DNA of 64,000 bases from Mobula hypostoma (GCF_963921235.1 NC_086106.1:23994001-24058000); one strand, 5' to 3'. Positions 1 to 13,899 are shown, numbered from the stretch's first letter. Numbers and translations are program-made. The notes: a model not told the origin generated them from the letters alone.

Positions 1-429
1 ATTTCGGAAGTAATTTATTTGGTAAATCACCAAACAGAAAAAATGTATATGCTAATTAAACGGAGTTTAAGACGCTTTCCAAACTTGTCTAGCAAGAAAG
101 GAAAATAAGGCAAGTTTTGCAATTTATCCAATTAAAAAAAAACAAAAAAACTTTTCAGGGCTTTCCGATACTCTGATACACAAAAGGGCTATAACATTAT
201 CGTACACATAGTGTTCTACTTGAATTTCGGCCGATGGTTGTGCATGGCGTCGTGTGGTACAATGAACGGCCGCGCAGATTGGAGGAACAACAACTTATAT
301 CACTCCTGGGTAATTTCCAACCTAATTGAATGAACATATCCTTCTTACACCATCGCTCATGCCCCCCTCCCCCGGTCCAACTTTTTTCATCCCCTTTTGC
401 GCTTCTCACCTTATTTTTTGCACGCCCTC

Positions 430-790
430 TTCTCCCACTGGTGCTGTTCTACACTTTTCTTTCACCCGTGGCCTTCTGTACTTTTCTATTAGACTCTCCG
501 AGCTCCAGCCATGATTTTTTTCACCAGAAAAAAGAAGCAGCTTCACCTCATCCCTCCCGCTTCAGATTTAACCTATCACATTTTGTTTTATCCCCCATCC
601 CCCCCCCCACCCAATCATTTAAATCCACTCCAGAATTGTTTTTTTTTTTTATCTCTGGTTCTGGCGATGGATGCCAGCCCGAACCGTCGCCTGTACTCTT
701 TTTACATCGATGCAGCCTTGCCTACTGAGTTCCTCAAACATTGCGTGTGAGTTACTCAAACATTGTGTATGTGTATTTGCAGACTTCCTC
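430..790 (+). mobile_element. Penelope-like element fragment (terminal-repeat region) with decayed hammerhead-like motif
   Basis: Pyrimidine-rich tract followed by ctggcgatggatgccagcccgaaccgtcgcctg...gatgcagccttgcctactgagttcctcaaacatt, which resembles the common elasmobranch repeat end (cctgatgaagggtctcggcccgaaacgtcgac...gctgcctgacctgctgagttcctccagca, from recall). A related copy is at ~41800-42080. Confidence 0.5.
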
Positions 791-1047
791 TTGTTGGTTA
801 AACAGTAAACTCTGCTAATGATTGCTTTGGAGGGAAATAAGTGGCTACCCTGTTTTTTTTTTCTTCTTCAGTGCTTCAAGAAAACTCGTCTTGCTTCATG
901 ACTACACTGTACAGAGGTAATAAGTGATATGCTCAAAATGCTGCGCTTGGCAACATAACGAAAATTACTATTTCCATCGAATACATACATCTAAACCAAT
1001 CACATTGGCTTTGCTTTTAACAAAAAAATGAAGGAATAGATGGATAC

Positions 1048-1073
1048 GTGTGTGTGTGTGTGTGTGTGTGTGT
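1048..1073. repeat. (TG)n microsatellite
   Basis: Direct reading. Confidence 0.95.
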
Positions 1074-1879
1074 ATTAATTTTTGAAAACTCAATTTGTTG
1101 CATCCCCTGTTGCAAACATCAGAGGCGGAAGATAACAATATAAACAATGTGCCATCTGCAAGTGCTCTCTAATTATATTAAATATATACTGAGTCAAAAT
1201 GTTGTAGGCTGTTAATTGTAGCAACTGTGACCAAGAAATATGCAGTATTATTCCACGAGTAAATTCACTGTGTTGTACTAGGACCAGTGTGTGGAACAGT
1301 ACTAGCACCAGAAGTCGTAGCACTGTTCCAGGCACTGTCCCTTGTACAACACAGTAAAAAGTTGTGATGTCATTGAGCCACAGCAGTGTAATTGTATTAT
1401 TTTTGTTTTCGCAGGGTGTTTCAGGGTACATGGTGGAGCAGGATAAAACAGGCCTAAAGCAGCATGTTTTCCTGACGGGGAGAATTCCATAACAAACCTT
1501 TTGGAAATATATGCGGATATAAACGGAAAGGTAGACAAGATGAGTAAGTAAACTGTTTTGACTTTGACTATCAGAATACCTCAGAGAGGGTGTCGCCTAT
1601 GGGGTTGTTTAATAAAATAAGAGCTCACAACACAACACGAAAGTTACAAGTGTAGTGCGCAGAGAAGCAGACTGACAGGTCGCAAGCGGTTTTCACAGCA
1701 ATTCGAGGAGGAACCGACAAAAGTGTCCAACTCTGGACGTATACTCGCTGGATATTAGGGGGGGGGGAATTAGGAGATTGTTATTCAGCAGTAATAGATG
1801 TTGAAAGACTGGGGCCGAGTGAATCTGCACAGGTTGCTTCCAAAATTTGAAAATCTTGGACCTGACGTCACAAAATTTG

Positions 1880-2160
1880 CACATAAGGCCGAGAATATAG
1901 AAGAAAAGAGAAGGAATTTCTTTACCCAGAAGTAGGAGAATCTGTGGATCTTACTGCCACAGCAGCTGAGGCCGGTTATTGGGTGTATTTAACGCGATGG
2001 TCGCTACTTCTCGGATAGTCATCGCGCCAAAAATTACGGGCAGAAGAAAGGTGACTGCGTTACAGCTGGAAAATAAATCAGTAATGACGGAATAGCGCAG
2101 CAGAGTCAACGGACCGATTAGCCTACTTCTGCTCCCACGTGTTATGGTCTCGTGCTCCTA
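1880..2160 (+). mobile_element. Old CR1 LINE 3' end relic
   Basis: Degenerate match to the 3' ends of the CR1 copies elsewhere in the window (aggaatttctttacccagaagtaggagaatctgtgg...ggaccgattagcctacttctgctcc...ttatggtct). Confidence 0.65.
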
Positions 2161-3672
2161 CGGACTTAAAATTTAAGCAACGACAAAATATTGTTTCATG
2201 TTGAGATGATCGAGGACGATTTGAAAATTGAATACTCGGGCGGACAATCGGATCAGCAAGTGCACTGGGAAATACGAAGTAAAATCGAGCAAGTCTCCCT
2301 TGACAAAATAAAAATATTCTCTGGTTTTCCCTGAAGCACAGGCTACATGACAATTGCACCAAATTATGAGCGATATAATAAATTCAAACTCCTAAAATTA
2401 CGTCTGATTGTTAGCCTGCATAATCCGATTTTTAGGAGTTATAGTGATAAAAGTTTGGTCTCTCATGCCGTCATATATCCTTAAATAGAGGAGAGTCTGA
2501 CAGCGATCCTTTCTGTCAGTTTTGCATTTTCCCTGTGTTCTGTTCAAAGACTCGTTGATATATGACTTGGAAGTAGTTACATTTGATGCTCAGTCCGATT
2601 ACTTGAAACATGTTGAAACATAGTGCAAATAATCGCCAGAAAAGAAAGCGTAATAGGAAAATGCAGAATACTGACCATATCACTCGTCAAGTTCGCTACA
2701 TTCTACAAATCACCTGGACATATCTTGTTTCTCATCGTGTCTAGCGACACGCTGCGATAGAAAAGGGTACTGATATAGTGCATTGAGGAGTGATGAGAGA
2801 AAAAGAAATCCTCGTGATATGAAACCAGCTTCTCATTGCTTTTCACATCGCCGTGAAGCATTAAACGCAAACAGTATGAAATAACACATTATACAGTGAA
2901 AGTAAAACGTATATATCAAAATAGGGACATCGAATTTGTCAATTTACTCGATAAGATTTTAGATACAGGCCACAGTGAATGCAAAAGAACATATGCCAAT
3001 CGATAGAAGATGCCTTTAGTCCAAGCAAGCAGAATAAATCTGTGTATTTTAACTTCCTCAACTAAACTGGTAGTGAAGATACACACACAATTATATGCAA
3101 TTTCCTACATTATGAGATATCTTTGAAGGAAAGTGAGTACCACCACACCCACAGAATCGATACAGAACTAAGATAATACTGATCGCAATTAATGTGTCTC
3201 TCGTCTAGATGTCGCAATATATAAACTTCTTTGTTATTATTGAGACCGGTTGTGAATTCAGGCTCAGAAGTGCACGAAATTGGGAGTGTGATTTCGAACA
3301 AGTGAACAACTAACACAACATACTTTATTAATTGTAATCGAATACTCAATTGAATCAAACCATGCATCACTGGAATGATGTTGAAATGTACGCTCAAGTA
3401 ACAGAAAAAAAAACTAATTCATCAAAGGTTCTCCATTGGGAGAAGAGGCAGGAAGTCCAGTAAGGGAAATATTCGTATCGTATAGTGTTTGCAAATTGGT
3501 CGCTCGATAACACTGCTTTCTGGCACAAAAGATGCTTCATAAATCTGTACCGACTGTTTGCTGCTTTGAATTCTTTTGTTAGTTTTGAGAATATGGTAAT
3601 ACACTATGATTCTGACAAGCTAAGCTCAACTTTTCATCCCCAGTTTGACTTATGTTTCCAGTATGACTAGTC

Positions 3673-3761
3673 CGAGATTGTTCCCTGCAGCCTCACTGTG
3701 ATGCATGGAGAGTTTGCTGAAAGCAATCGGTGAAGGACAGCAGTTGCATTCCCGGCGCAGT
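3673..3761 (+). pseudogene. Candidate degenerate TCR J-like segment with 12-RSS-like signal
   Basis: Nonamer-like cgagattgt (3673-3681), 12-nt spacer, perfect cactgtg (3694-3700), 59 nt reading CMESLLKA-IGEGQQLHSRR plus 1 nt, then gtgagc donor at 3760. Spacing matches FGxGTxLxVxP plus a phase-1 donor, but F, T, V and P are missing and the nonamer is 5/9. Confidence 0.25.
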
Positions 3762-3956
3762 GAGCGTGGTATGTGTGTTTTCTGTCCAGATAATAGCGCC
3801 AATACAAAAATGAATTCGTGTAATTTTAAGTAACATCGATAACATTACATGATGTCACTTTACAATCGATCCTTCTTTCTAAAGAAAATCCATGATCCAC
3901 CTTCCAGCACCTGACACTTATGAACGCGAAATAACCCCAGGTGCAGTAAAGAACGA

Positions 3957-5340
3957 TTATAGAAACATAGAAACATAGAAAATAGGTTCAGGAGTAGGCC
4001 ATTCGGCCCTTCGAGCCTGCACCGCCATTTATTACGATCATGGCTGATCATCCAACTCAGAACCCCGCCCCAGCCTTCTCTCCATACCCCCTGACCCCCG
4101 TAGCCACAAGAGCCATATCTAACTCTCTCTTAAATATAGCCAATGAACTGTCCTCAACTGTTTCCTCTGGCAGAGAATTCCACAGATTCACCACTCTCTG
4201 TGTGAAGAAGTCTTTCCTAATCTCGTTCCTAAAAGGCATTCCCTCTATCCTCAAACTGTGGGCCCTCGTTCTGGACTTCCCCAACATCGGGAACAATCTT
4301 CCTGCATCTAGCCTGTCCAATCCCTTTAGAATTTGATACGTTTCAACCAGTTCCCCCCTCAATCTTCTAAATTCCAACGAGTACAAGCCCAGTTCATCCA
4401 GTCTTTCTTCATATGAAAGTCCTGCCATCCCAGGAATCAATCTGGTGAACCTTCTCTGTACTCCCTCTATGGCAAGGATGTCTTTTCTCAGATTAGGGGA
4501 CCAAAACTGCACACAATACTCCAGGTGTGGTCTCACCAAGGCCTTGTACAACTGCAGTAGTACCTCCCTGCTCCTGTACTCGAATCCTCTCGCTATAAAT
4601 GCCAGCATACCATTCGCCTTTTTCACCGCCTGCTGTACCTGCATGCCCACTTTCAATGACTGATGTATAATGTCACCCAGGTCTCGTTGCACCTCCCCTT
4701 TTCCTAATGGGCCATCATTCAGATAATAATCTGTTTTCCTATTTTTACCACCAAAGTGGATAACTTCACATTTATCCACACTAAATTGCATCTGCCATGA
4801 ATTTGCCCACTCATCCAACCTATCCCAGTCACACAGCATCCTCTTAGGATCCTCCTCACAGCTAACACTGCCACCCAGCTTCGTGTCATCCGCAAACTTG
4901 GAGATGCTGCATTTAATTCCCTCATCCAAGTCATTAATATACATTGTAAACAACTGGGGTCCCAGCACTGAGACTTGCGGTACCCCACTAGTCACCGCCT
5001 GCCATTCTGAAAAGGTCCCGTTTATTCCCACTCTTTGCTTCCTGTCTGCTAACCAATTCTCCACCCACACCAATACCTTACCCCCAATAGGGTGTGCTTT
5101 AAGTTTGCACACTATTCTCCTGTGTGGGACCTTGTCAAAAGCCTTTTAAAAATCCAAATATACCACATCCACTGGTTCTCCCCTATCCACTCTACTAGTT
5201 ACATCCTCAAAAAATTCTAAACGATTCGTCAGACATGGTTTTCCTTTCACAAATCCATGCTGACTTTGTCCGATAATTTGACCGTTTTCCAAATGTGCTG
5301 TTATCACATCCTTGATAACTGACTCCAGCAGTTTCCCCAT
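3957..5340 (-). mobile_element. 5'-truncated CR1-type LINE (RT C-terminal part)
   Basis: ORF 4057-5112 contains GVPQVSVLGPQLF, SKFADDTKL and VRPHLEYCVQFWSP. The upstream ORF has QHGFVKGKPCLTN and VDVVYLDF. (ATAGAAAC)n tail at ~3957-3985. Confidence 0.95.
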
Positions 5341-6895
5341 TATATTGCGCTTCTTTTTTTTTCTGCTAGCACTGAAAAAACAAAATCAAATAATACCTCA
5401 TAACGCAGTAACATATCCTCAGCTCTAAGATTATCTAATATATTCCTAAGATTATCTAATATATTCGAGGGTGCGGTAAGTCAAGACCGCTGCCATAACA
5501 AATGGCCATATTGGGGAATTGGAGGGATATATGTGTCTATCAAAGGTGTACAGTGCACCTGCCCTTCAGCGGCCTGCAGATCACTCTTCAACTCGGTGCA
5601 GTGCCTATTACCCCTTATCAGGTTCCGGGAGGCCATGCGTGCAGGTGGCGAATGGTCGTCCGAGTTGCTAGTGCTTATCCTATTTCTTGATTCTGCGACC
5701 AGTGCTGCCATGCCGACAATCTCGGAAGACTATTGATAATGGTTAGGGGCTGCAGTTCTGAAAGGACACTGCCCGGAAGCTAACAATAGCGTGCTCCTTC
5801 TGCAGAAATAGTTGCCATTAGCAATAATTATCAAAGACAATGATCGCGCACGTCACACATACAAAATGATGATAAAGATGGCCATGTTCATTAAGTAGCA
5901 GGTTCAGCTTAACTGCAACAATCTCTGCGGAAAATACACATGGAACAAATATAAACAAATTTCACATTACTAACCGTTTATGTTTGTCCTCGAAGATACT
6001 GCATACTTCTATATTTTAGGTGGGGATGTTTGCTGGCATTCGGCTGATCTGCCTGATTTTGACTGCATTTCTGTACGTTTTCATTGGATCTTGCAACATC
6101 AGTGTAAAGGAAAACAGGGATACCCGAAAACAATAACGCAGTTTCATTTATCAACAGATGCCACCAGACCACAAAATATTGTTCCTGAGTTGGATTTACT
6201 TCTTACAGAAGCAAATGACGTGGAATAATCTCATAGAAAGGAATAATGTCAAATCTAAGCTCATCCTGATGGACACATCACCTTCAGAGTTCAAATCGAA
6301 AATCAAATCGTGTCGTTGCTTATTTTTCTCTTTTTTTTCTATCTTTCTATCAACCATTCCTGACTCTTGGGACCAACGGTATTTTTCGAGCGTGTTTGTC
6401 ATAAACGGTCAGAACTGCAATATCGAAAAAAAAACCGTAACGTTGCCGGCCACACTCCACAGCAGGCGTCAAGTGGCCTATCTGATTTTTTTGTTGTTGT
6501 TGTTGTTGTCGTTATTTCAAAGTATGACAGCTCTGCCCAGTGTTTTCAGTTTATAACGGATGTATGCCCATTCCAGAAATTATCTTTCCCTTGAAAAATG
6601 TTCAGGCGTTTCGTCTTTTCATCCATGCGCATGTGACAAATATTAGGGAAGCCAGAATCCAGCTAAAGTCATGGTTCAAGAAATTTAGACTGTGCGGCAG
6701 GACTGCAACTATCCTCCAACGGTTGCCAACGCAGTGTTTTTATATACTGAATATTCTGGAAAAACTCTGAGACATTTGTTGAAGAAATGTAGCACGGGGA
6801 AAGGTGAAGAGCAATCCTACAAATGCATAGTCCGTATCTCGTCTGCAATAGACAAATGAAGAACGACGCTTTCTTCAAGAATATCGGATTCCCTT

Positions 6896-7059
6896 NNNNN
6901 NNNNNNNNNNNNNNNNNNNNNNNNNNNNNNNNNNNNNNNNNNNNNNNNNNNNNNNNNNNNNNNNNNNNNNNNNNNNNNNNNNNNNNNNNNNNNNNNNNNN
7001 NNNNNNNNNNNNNNNNNNNNNNNNNNNNNNNNNNNNNNNNNNNNNNNNNNNNNNNNNNN
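6896..7059. other. Assembly gap (164 N)
   Basis: Run of n. Confidence 1.
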
Positions 7060-8279
7060 GCCAGTTAAAATAAAGTCTCTGTAAATACTCGCCGTTAAAG
7101 TTACAAGTAACCTATTTCAGACATCAGCATATCAGCATACAGATCAAGCAGGTTCGGTGGTGCGTCACTCAGGAAGATAGACAGCAAAAAAAAAAAAATC
7201 ATGTCAGCGGAAATATTTTTGTGAGTTCAAACTGCAACGATGCAACGTGTCTTCTGCATTGGTGGTTGCGCAGAAGTCGTGAACAGATCCTGAATTGCCA
7301 TTATGATACGAGGTGTTGAGAAGCACTGGATCGAGCCAGCAAAGAATGACGAGGGCGTTTCCATCTTGACTTCTAATATAGTTATTTATTTCTTTTTTAA
7401 TGCGATTGCTCCAATTGGAAATATAGCAGCACCGTAACACATTTTTTACATTGTTTACCCAGAGCTCACAGTTCGTCTGGTTGCAGAATTTTCCCCAGTC
7501 TTCTGTACTAATTTAAGAATTATCTACGGTTCTCTTAGATACCGCTGCATTCTGTGCCTGATGCACTTGATTTGCCACAATATTCCTTCACTTCTAGTTG
7601 ATGCATTTAACAAGATTCCATGCTCCTTCATTTTGTAGACAAATTTGAGGGACTCGTGGCGCCGTTGCAGCTCTGCTGAGTCATTTTATTTTGTGAACTA
7701 TCTTCTGAAGTTTGAGAAACATAACCAGCATGCAGAATCGTGAAATGAAATACATTTGGTCTTCCATTAAAGGAACAAAACTCATATATAAACAAAAAAA
7801 AAAGATGAATATTCCAGTACACTCCTAACACCATAGTTTACTGATGTCATTTTAGATTATCTTATTTGTCGGTAAGAAGTTATAGGATGCTTGACACTTT
7901 AGAAATAAATTACTGAAGATGTTTATGCATTTTCAACAAGATTGGTCTTATTTCGGTTGAGGACGGGAATGTGCACAGAGAATTGCTAACTTGTGTGATC
8001 TATGTACGATCAATTGGAGACTAGTTGGAATTTTATAATTTTAAGATAAGTTATGCATAAGTATTATAGCGGCTGGGGCAGATTGTTTCATATTTCTTTT
8101 CGGTCAGGGCATAACTTTTAAGTTTGTGCTGGGCATCAGCTGCTAGAAAAAAAAATAAATAAATGAAAACTTTCCATTAAATAAGGGGAATTTGGTAAAC
8201 AGATTTATGGTCTTCATCCCTCTCTACTATTTTGATATATAAAAAAAACATTAGTCACGTTTTATTTTTGGATTAAGAG

Positions 8280-8800
8280 GACACGCAGTCATCTTTCATT
8301 GTCATTTAGTAATGCATGCATTAGGAAATGATACGATGGTCCTCCAGAATGATATCACAGAAACACAAGACAAACAAGACAAAAGAACACATAATTATAA
8401 AATATAGTTACAATAGTGCAAAGCAATACTATAATCTGATAAAGAGCAGACCATGGGTATGGTAAAAGTCTCAAAGTCTCTAGGAAGTCCCATTATATCA
8501 CACAGGCGGTAGAAGGAAGAGAAGGTCTCTTCCTGCCATGAGCTTCCAGCGCCGCAAACTTGCCGATGCAGCATCCTGGAAGCACCCGACCACAGCCGAC
8601 TCCTGAGTTATTCCGAAAACTTCGAGCCTCCGACCAGCCCTCCGACGCCGAGCACCAAGCAGCATCTCTGCCGTGCGTTTCGACCGCTGTCCCGGCACAG
8701 GCAATAGGCAAAGCCGAGTTTTTGGGGCATTCCCCTCCGGAGATTCTCGATCGCACAGTAGCAACGAAAGCGAAGCAGGCATTTCAGAAGGTCTCAGATG
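8280..8800 (-). mobile_element. LINE 3' UTR-type repeat fragment (family uncertain)
   Basis: Begins with a gtcatctttcattgtcatttag tail-like motif typical of fish/shark L2/Rex 3' ends. No coding motif recognised. Confidence 0.35.
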
Positions 8801-10139
8801 GTCCTCTGTGCTTAGCACGTCTGTCTCCGTCAAATCATGATTGTGCGCGATACCTATATAGGAAATACGACATCATTTTGGAGTGGCCGCGCGCGCTAAG
8901 TCGCGCCGCCATCTTCTCCAAGCTAGAGGTCAGGTTATGCCTAGAACAAAATAACCTGCTGGACATTGTGAAGATTAACTTAAAGACCGTCTGTGCTTTC
9001 CCTTGGAGAGAGTTTTTGGCTTTTCCCGAATTCCCTTATAGATCCCACTACAAGCTGGAATGCATCTTAGTGTTAGTGAAATTAGAGAGAATGCGAAAGT
9101 AGAAAAAATAAATAGAACAGAACCACCGGGATAAATAACTGATTAGACAGAAGTATAACATGTAGCTGATATATATACCCCCAACCCAGAGGGGTGAAGT
9201 AGGAGGTGAGGTGACTGCGACTAAGACAAGGGCATTAACGGGATTCAGCTGAAAACATAGAATGTTGGATTGATATTCAGTAATGCTGACAGACGCAATT
9301 TATACGAGACATTTTAGAGATACTTTTTTTTTCCACAGGAAATTGTCTACAGAGTCACATTACGGCTCACAAATTTTGGCGGATGTTCCCTTGATGTCAA
9401 CAAGCACTCCACTTCGGGTTTCACTGACCTTAGCTGTTGGAAGAGTGTATCGTGCTTTTCTGCATGTTGTTTATATGCGCGCAGCAGATGAGTTTTGGTA
9501 CTTCTCCAGTTGCACTTCTAGAATTGGATCAGCTGTTCAGCAAAAGGAAATCCTACTTCATTTTTCTGGTCAGGAAAGAGCGGTGGCTTCAATCCCTTCC
9601 GACGTTAATAGGGAGACAGAACCGTGACGACATGAAGTTATTCTGGAGAATACTGCCGAAACCAATCTGCAACTCCAAGACGAGGAGTTGGAAGTTTTTC
9701 GGAAGCGCATGGTGTATCCATCTCCTGGTTCAATTTCTCAGAATGACCATTGGACTTTGGGTAGTCACCAGAAGGGAGGCTGGCTGTGACTCCAACAAGA
9801 GAACAGAAAGCCTTTCAAACAAATGGGAGAGGGGTTGCGGAGCACCAGAAGACACCCTGTCTTGAGGGAAGTCGTGGAACCTGATTTGAAATGAATTGAA
9901 TTGCCTTTGTTTCTTACATCTTTCACATACAAGAAGTAAAAGTCTTTACGTTTATTTAGTGAGTGAGGGGATTGGCTAAAAAGGAGCGGTTGATTTAAAA
10001 ACCTGTCGGGACCATACAGCAACACAAACATTCGAGGTCGGGCGAGGTGCGAAAAATTAAACGAATTAGCCAAAATATCAGCCAATAAAATCCAGGTTTG
10101 CTCTTGCGGAGCGGCCTGTCGGGCAGAGGACTTATCGGG

Positions 10140-13100
10140 GGAAGTGCCTTGTGAGAAAAGTGCGAGTCTTTGTCTCAAGTGTCTTCGGCGAGGAGGCTGA
10201 GGAGGAGATGACGCCACAGATGGAGAGGGAGAGAAGTGGTGAAGAAATGGCAGGTCAACTGATTCAGTGTGCTGCTTGCATGTCTTGGGAAGTTAGGGAC
10301 GTTGATGGTACCTCTGGCTGCTACAAATGTGGAAGGTGTGCCCAGGGTCAGCTCCTGAAGGACCTTGTTGAGACACTGGAGAAGCAACTGGATGACCTCA
10401 GGTGCATCCGGGAATCCGAGACTTTTCTGGGCAGGACCTACAGCGACATCGTTGAAGCGAAGATACGGGAAGGGAGAACGGGGCGACGTTGAGGAAGGGA
10501 TGGATACCTGGAGTACAGGAGACCCAGGGGGATGTACCACTTGATAACAGGTACAGCCTCTTAGAAGCTGTCAGGAGAGAAGACATTGCCAGTCTGAGAG
10601 GCGGGCAGATTGAGAGTCATAAAATGGCGCTGAAACAAAGACGAGGAGACAGACGTCACGCAGACCCATGGTAGTAGGGGACTCCATAGAGAGAGGTACA
10701 GAAAGGTGTTTCTGTGGCAACAGGCGGGATTTAAGGCTGGCGAGTTGCCTCCCTGCTGCCACGACACAGGACGTCACAGGCCAATTGCGGGGCATTCTCA
10801 AGGGTGAAGAGTGCACAGTTGGAAGTAGTGGTGCATGTCGGCACAAATGACGTCGGAAGGATGAGGAAATCAATTCTGCAGTGTAACTTCAGCGAACTCA
10901 GAAGAAAGATGAAAATCAGGACCTCCAGTGTGGCTATCTCCGGTTTGCTTCCAGAACCTTGTGCTGGAGAGGACAGGAACAGGGAGATATGGGGTCTGCA
11001 TGTGTGCCTGAAGAGCAGGTGCTGGAGGCAGGGATTTAGATTTTTGACTATTTGGATCTGTTTTGGGGGAAGGAAAATTGTGGGAACGGGTTGCTTTTTA
11101 ACAGATGGGGGACCAGCATTCTGGCAGGCTGGTTTGCCACTGCTACACGGGTGTGTTGGACAAGGGCTGGAAAATTAATATTCAGGGATATACATCCTAT
11201 CGATTCCTTGAGGACAGACAGGTTGGCAGGGATGTGGGGGTGGCTGTGTTGGTGAGAAATGAAATTCAGTCAATTGCGAGGGAGGGGGGGCATAGAATCA
11301 GGAGACGTAGAGACAGTATGGACAAAACTGAGAAACTGTAAGGAGAAAAAGACCCTATTGGCAGTTATCTACAGCCCCCCAAATACTGGCCTAGATAGAG
11401 GGTGGAAGTTATAACAAGATTTAAAATTGGCTTGTCGCTAAGATAATACTTACGGCTGTTATGCGGAATTTCAACATGCGGATAGAATGGGAAAATCAGG
11501 TAGGGACTGGACCCCAAGAAAGGGAGCTTGTGGGGAGCCTCAGTGATGGATTCTGAGAGCTGCATTTTACTGGAGCCTACCAGGGAGAAGGCAATTCCGA
11601 ATTTATTGTTATGTAATTAGCCAGATTTGATAAAGGAACTCGAGGTAAAGGAGCCATTAGAAGGCAGTGACCATAATATGATAAGTTTTAATCTACAATT
11701 TGAGAGGGAGAAAGGAAATCGGAGGTGTAAGTATCAGAGTTGTACAAAGGTGACTATGGGCCCATGAGGGAGGAGTCGGCCAAAGCTTACTGGAAAGATA
11801 CCCTTGCAGGAATGTCAGTAGAGCAACAGTGGCAGGTGTTTCTGGGAATGATACAGAAGGTGCACGATCAGTTCATTCGAAAGAGGAAGAAAGAGTGTAA
11901 GGGGAGTAAGGAGCGACCAGGGATGACAAAGGAAGTCAAGGACAGTATCAAAATGAAGCAGAGGAAGTAATACATAGCAAGGATGAGCTGGAAGCCAGAC
12001 GATTGGGAGAATGTTAAGGAACAACAGAAGATAACTAAAAGGCGAATAAAAGGGGGAAAGATGAGGGGCGAAGGTAAGCTAGCGAAGAATGCAAAGGAGG
12101 ACAGTAATATATATTTTTTTAGATATGTGAAGAGGGAAAAAAAAAGACCAAAGTTGGGTACTTGAGGACAGAAACGGGTGGAATATATTATGGGGAACAA
12201 GGAAATGGCAGACGAGATGAACAGGTACTATGGATCTGTCTTCACTAGGGAAGACACAAACAATCTCCCAGATGTAGTAGTGGCCAGAGGACCTAGGGTA
12301 ACGGAGGAAGCGAAGGAAATTCGCATTAGGCAGAAAATGCTGTTGAGTAAATTGATGGGAATGAAGTGTGATATATTCCCAAGACCTCTTGTCTGCATCC
12401 CAGGGTACCTAAGGAGGTGGCTCTAGAAATGGTGGACACATTGATTATCATTTTCCAATATTCTATATATTCAGGATCAATTTCTGCGGATTGGAGGGTA
12501 GCTAATCTTATCTCACATGTTAAGAAAGGAACTAAAGTAAAAACAGGCAATTATAGACCAGTTAGTCTGACATCAGTGGTGGTGAAATTGTTGGAAGCAA
12601 TTATAAAAGATGAAGTAGCGGCATATTTCGATAGCAGCAGCAGGATAGGTCCGAGACAGCATGGATTTATGAAGGGGAAATCATGCTTAACTAATCTTCT
12701 GGATTTTTTGTGGATGTAACTAATAAAATGGACATGAAAAGTAACTGGATGTAGTGTACTTGGATCTACAGAAAGCCTTTGATAAGATCCTACATAGGAG
12801 GTTAGTGGGTAAAATTAGAGCACATGTGGGCAGGGTACCAACATGGACAGAAAATTGGCTGCAGACAGGAAACCAAGATTAGGGGTTGAAGGATCCTTTT
12901 CAGAATGGCAGGCATTGACTATTGGGATACCGCAAGGCTCGGTGATGAGACTGCTGTTATTTACAATATAAATTAATGATTTAGATGAAGGGATTAAAAG
13001 TAACATTAGCAAATTAGCAGATAACACAAATCTGGGTGTCAGTGTGAAATGTGAGGCAGATGTTAGGAAAATACAGGGTGGATAAATGTGAGGTTATCCA

Positions 13101-13895
13101 CATTGGTGTCAAGAACAGGACGGCAGATTACTAGCTTCATGGTGTGAAGTTAGGAAAAGGAGAAGTACAATGAGATCTGGGTGCCCTTGTTCATCAGTCA
13201 CTGAATGTAAGCATACTGGTACAGCAGGCAGTGAAGAAAGATAATGGCATTTTGGCCTTTATATCAAGGGGAGTTGAGTATAGGAGCAAAGTGTTCATTC
13301 TGAAGTTGCACAAGGCTTTGGTGAGACCACACCTGGAATATTGTGTGCAGTCTTGGTCTCCAAATTTGAGGAAGGACATTATTCCTATGGAGTGAGTGCA
13401 GCGTATGTTCACTGGGTTAATTGAAGGGATGGCGGGAATGTCATATGTGGACAGATTGGAGCGACTAGCTTGTATACACTGGAATTAAAAAGGATGAGAT
13501 GGGATTTGATTGAAACATATAAGATTATTAAGGGATTGGACACGCTAGAGAAAGGAAACATGTTCCAGAAGTAGGGGGAGTCCATATCCAGAGGCCATAG
13601 TTTAAGAGTAATGGGAAGACCATTTAGAACTGATTTGAGGGAAATGCTTTTTCACAGAGAGGGTTTTGGATCTGTGGAATAGTCTCCCTAGGAAGGCAGT
13701 GGAGGCCAATTCTCTGAATACTTTCAAGAAATAGTTAGATCAAGCTCTTAGAGATAGAGGAGTGAAGGGATATGGGGAGAAGGCAGGAACAGGGTACTGA
13801 TTGTGGATGATCAGCCATGATCACAGTGAACAGAGGTGCTGGTTTGAAGGACCGAATGGACTACTCTACTCCTATTCTTTACTGTCTATTGTTAC
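10140..13895 (+). mobile_element. Near full-length decayed CR1 LINE (ORF1 zinc finger, coiled coil and esterase; ORF2 endonuclease and RT)
   Basis: ORF1 fragments: QCAACMSW...CGRCAQGQLLKDLVETLEKQLDDL, VVGDSIERG and VVHVGTNDVGR. ORF2 fragments: GNYRPVSLTSVVVKLLE, QHGFMKGKSCLTNL and VRPHLEYCVQ-like. Many stops and frameshifts; CR1-type 3' tail. Confidence 0.9.
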
Positions 13896-13899
13896 GTCA

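Noticed and set aside
872-916. 45-nt phase-1 exon-like stretch encoding LQENSSCFMTTLYR, resembling a TCR hinge exon
   Set aside because: No C-domain exon upstream in the window, and the next exon-like stretch (1415-1543) has stops in all frames and no transmembrane segment.
1333-1388. D-like arrangement cactgtc-ccttgtacaa-cacagta-23-acagcagtg
   Set aside because: The 5' heptamer lacks the essential terminal base, both nonamers are poor, and the core is not G-rich.
1090-1431. - strand ORF with LWLNDITTFYCVV resembling an Ig F strand
   Set aside because: No upstream Cys/Trp framework and no correctly placed RSS.
3581-3660. agttttgag-12-cactatg followed by SDKL
   Set aside because: No FGxG motif, and the following donor is in the wrong phase.
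5425-5466. Perfect 21-bp tandem duplication ctaagattatctaatatattc
   Set aside because: Isolated two-copy slippage-type duplication. It is not a CRISPR-like array and has no functional context.
7204-7440. - strand ORF with DGNALVILCWLD, faintly C1-domain-like
   Set aside because: Lacks the conserved W and second Cys spacing, and has no convincing splice sites.
7674-7684. tgctgagtcat MARE/AP-1-type site
   Set aside because: A single short motif with no conservation or clustering evidence.
8560-9865. Several 110-180 aa ORFs in unique-looking DNA
   Set aside because: No recognisable motifs; overlapping frames are consistent with chance or decayed repeats.
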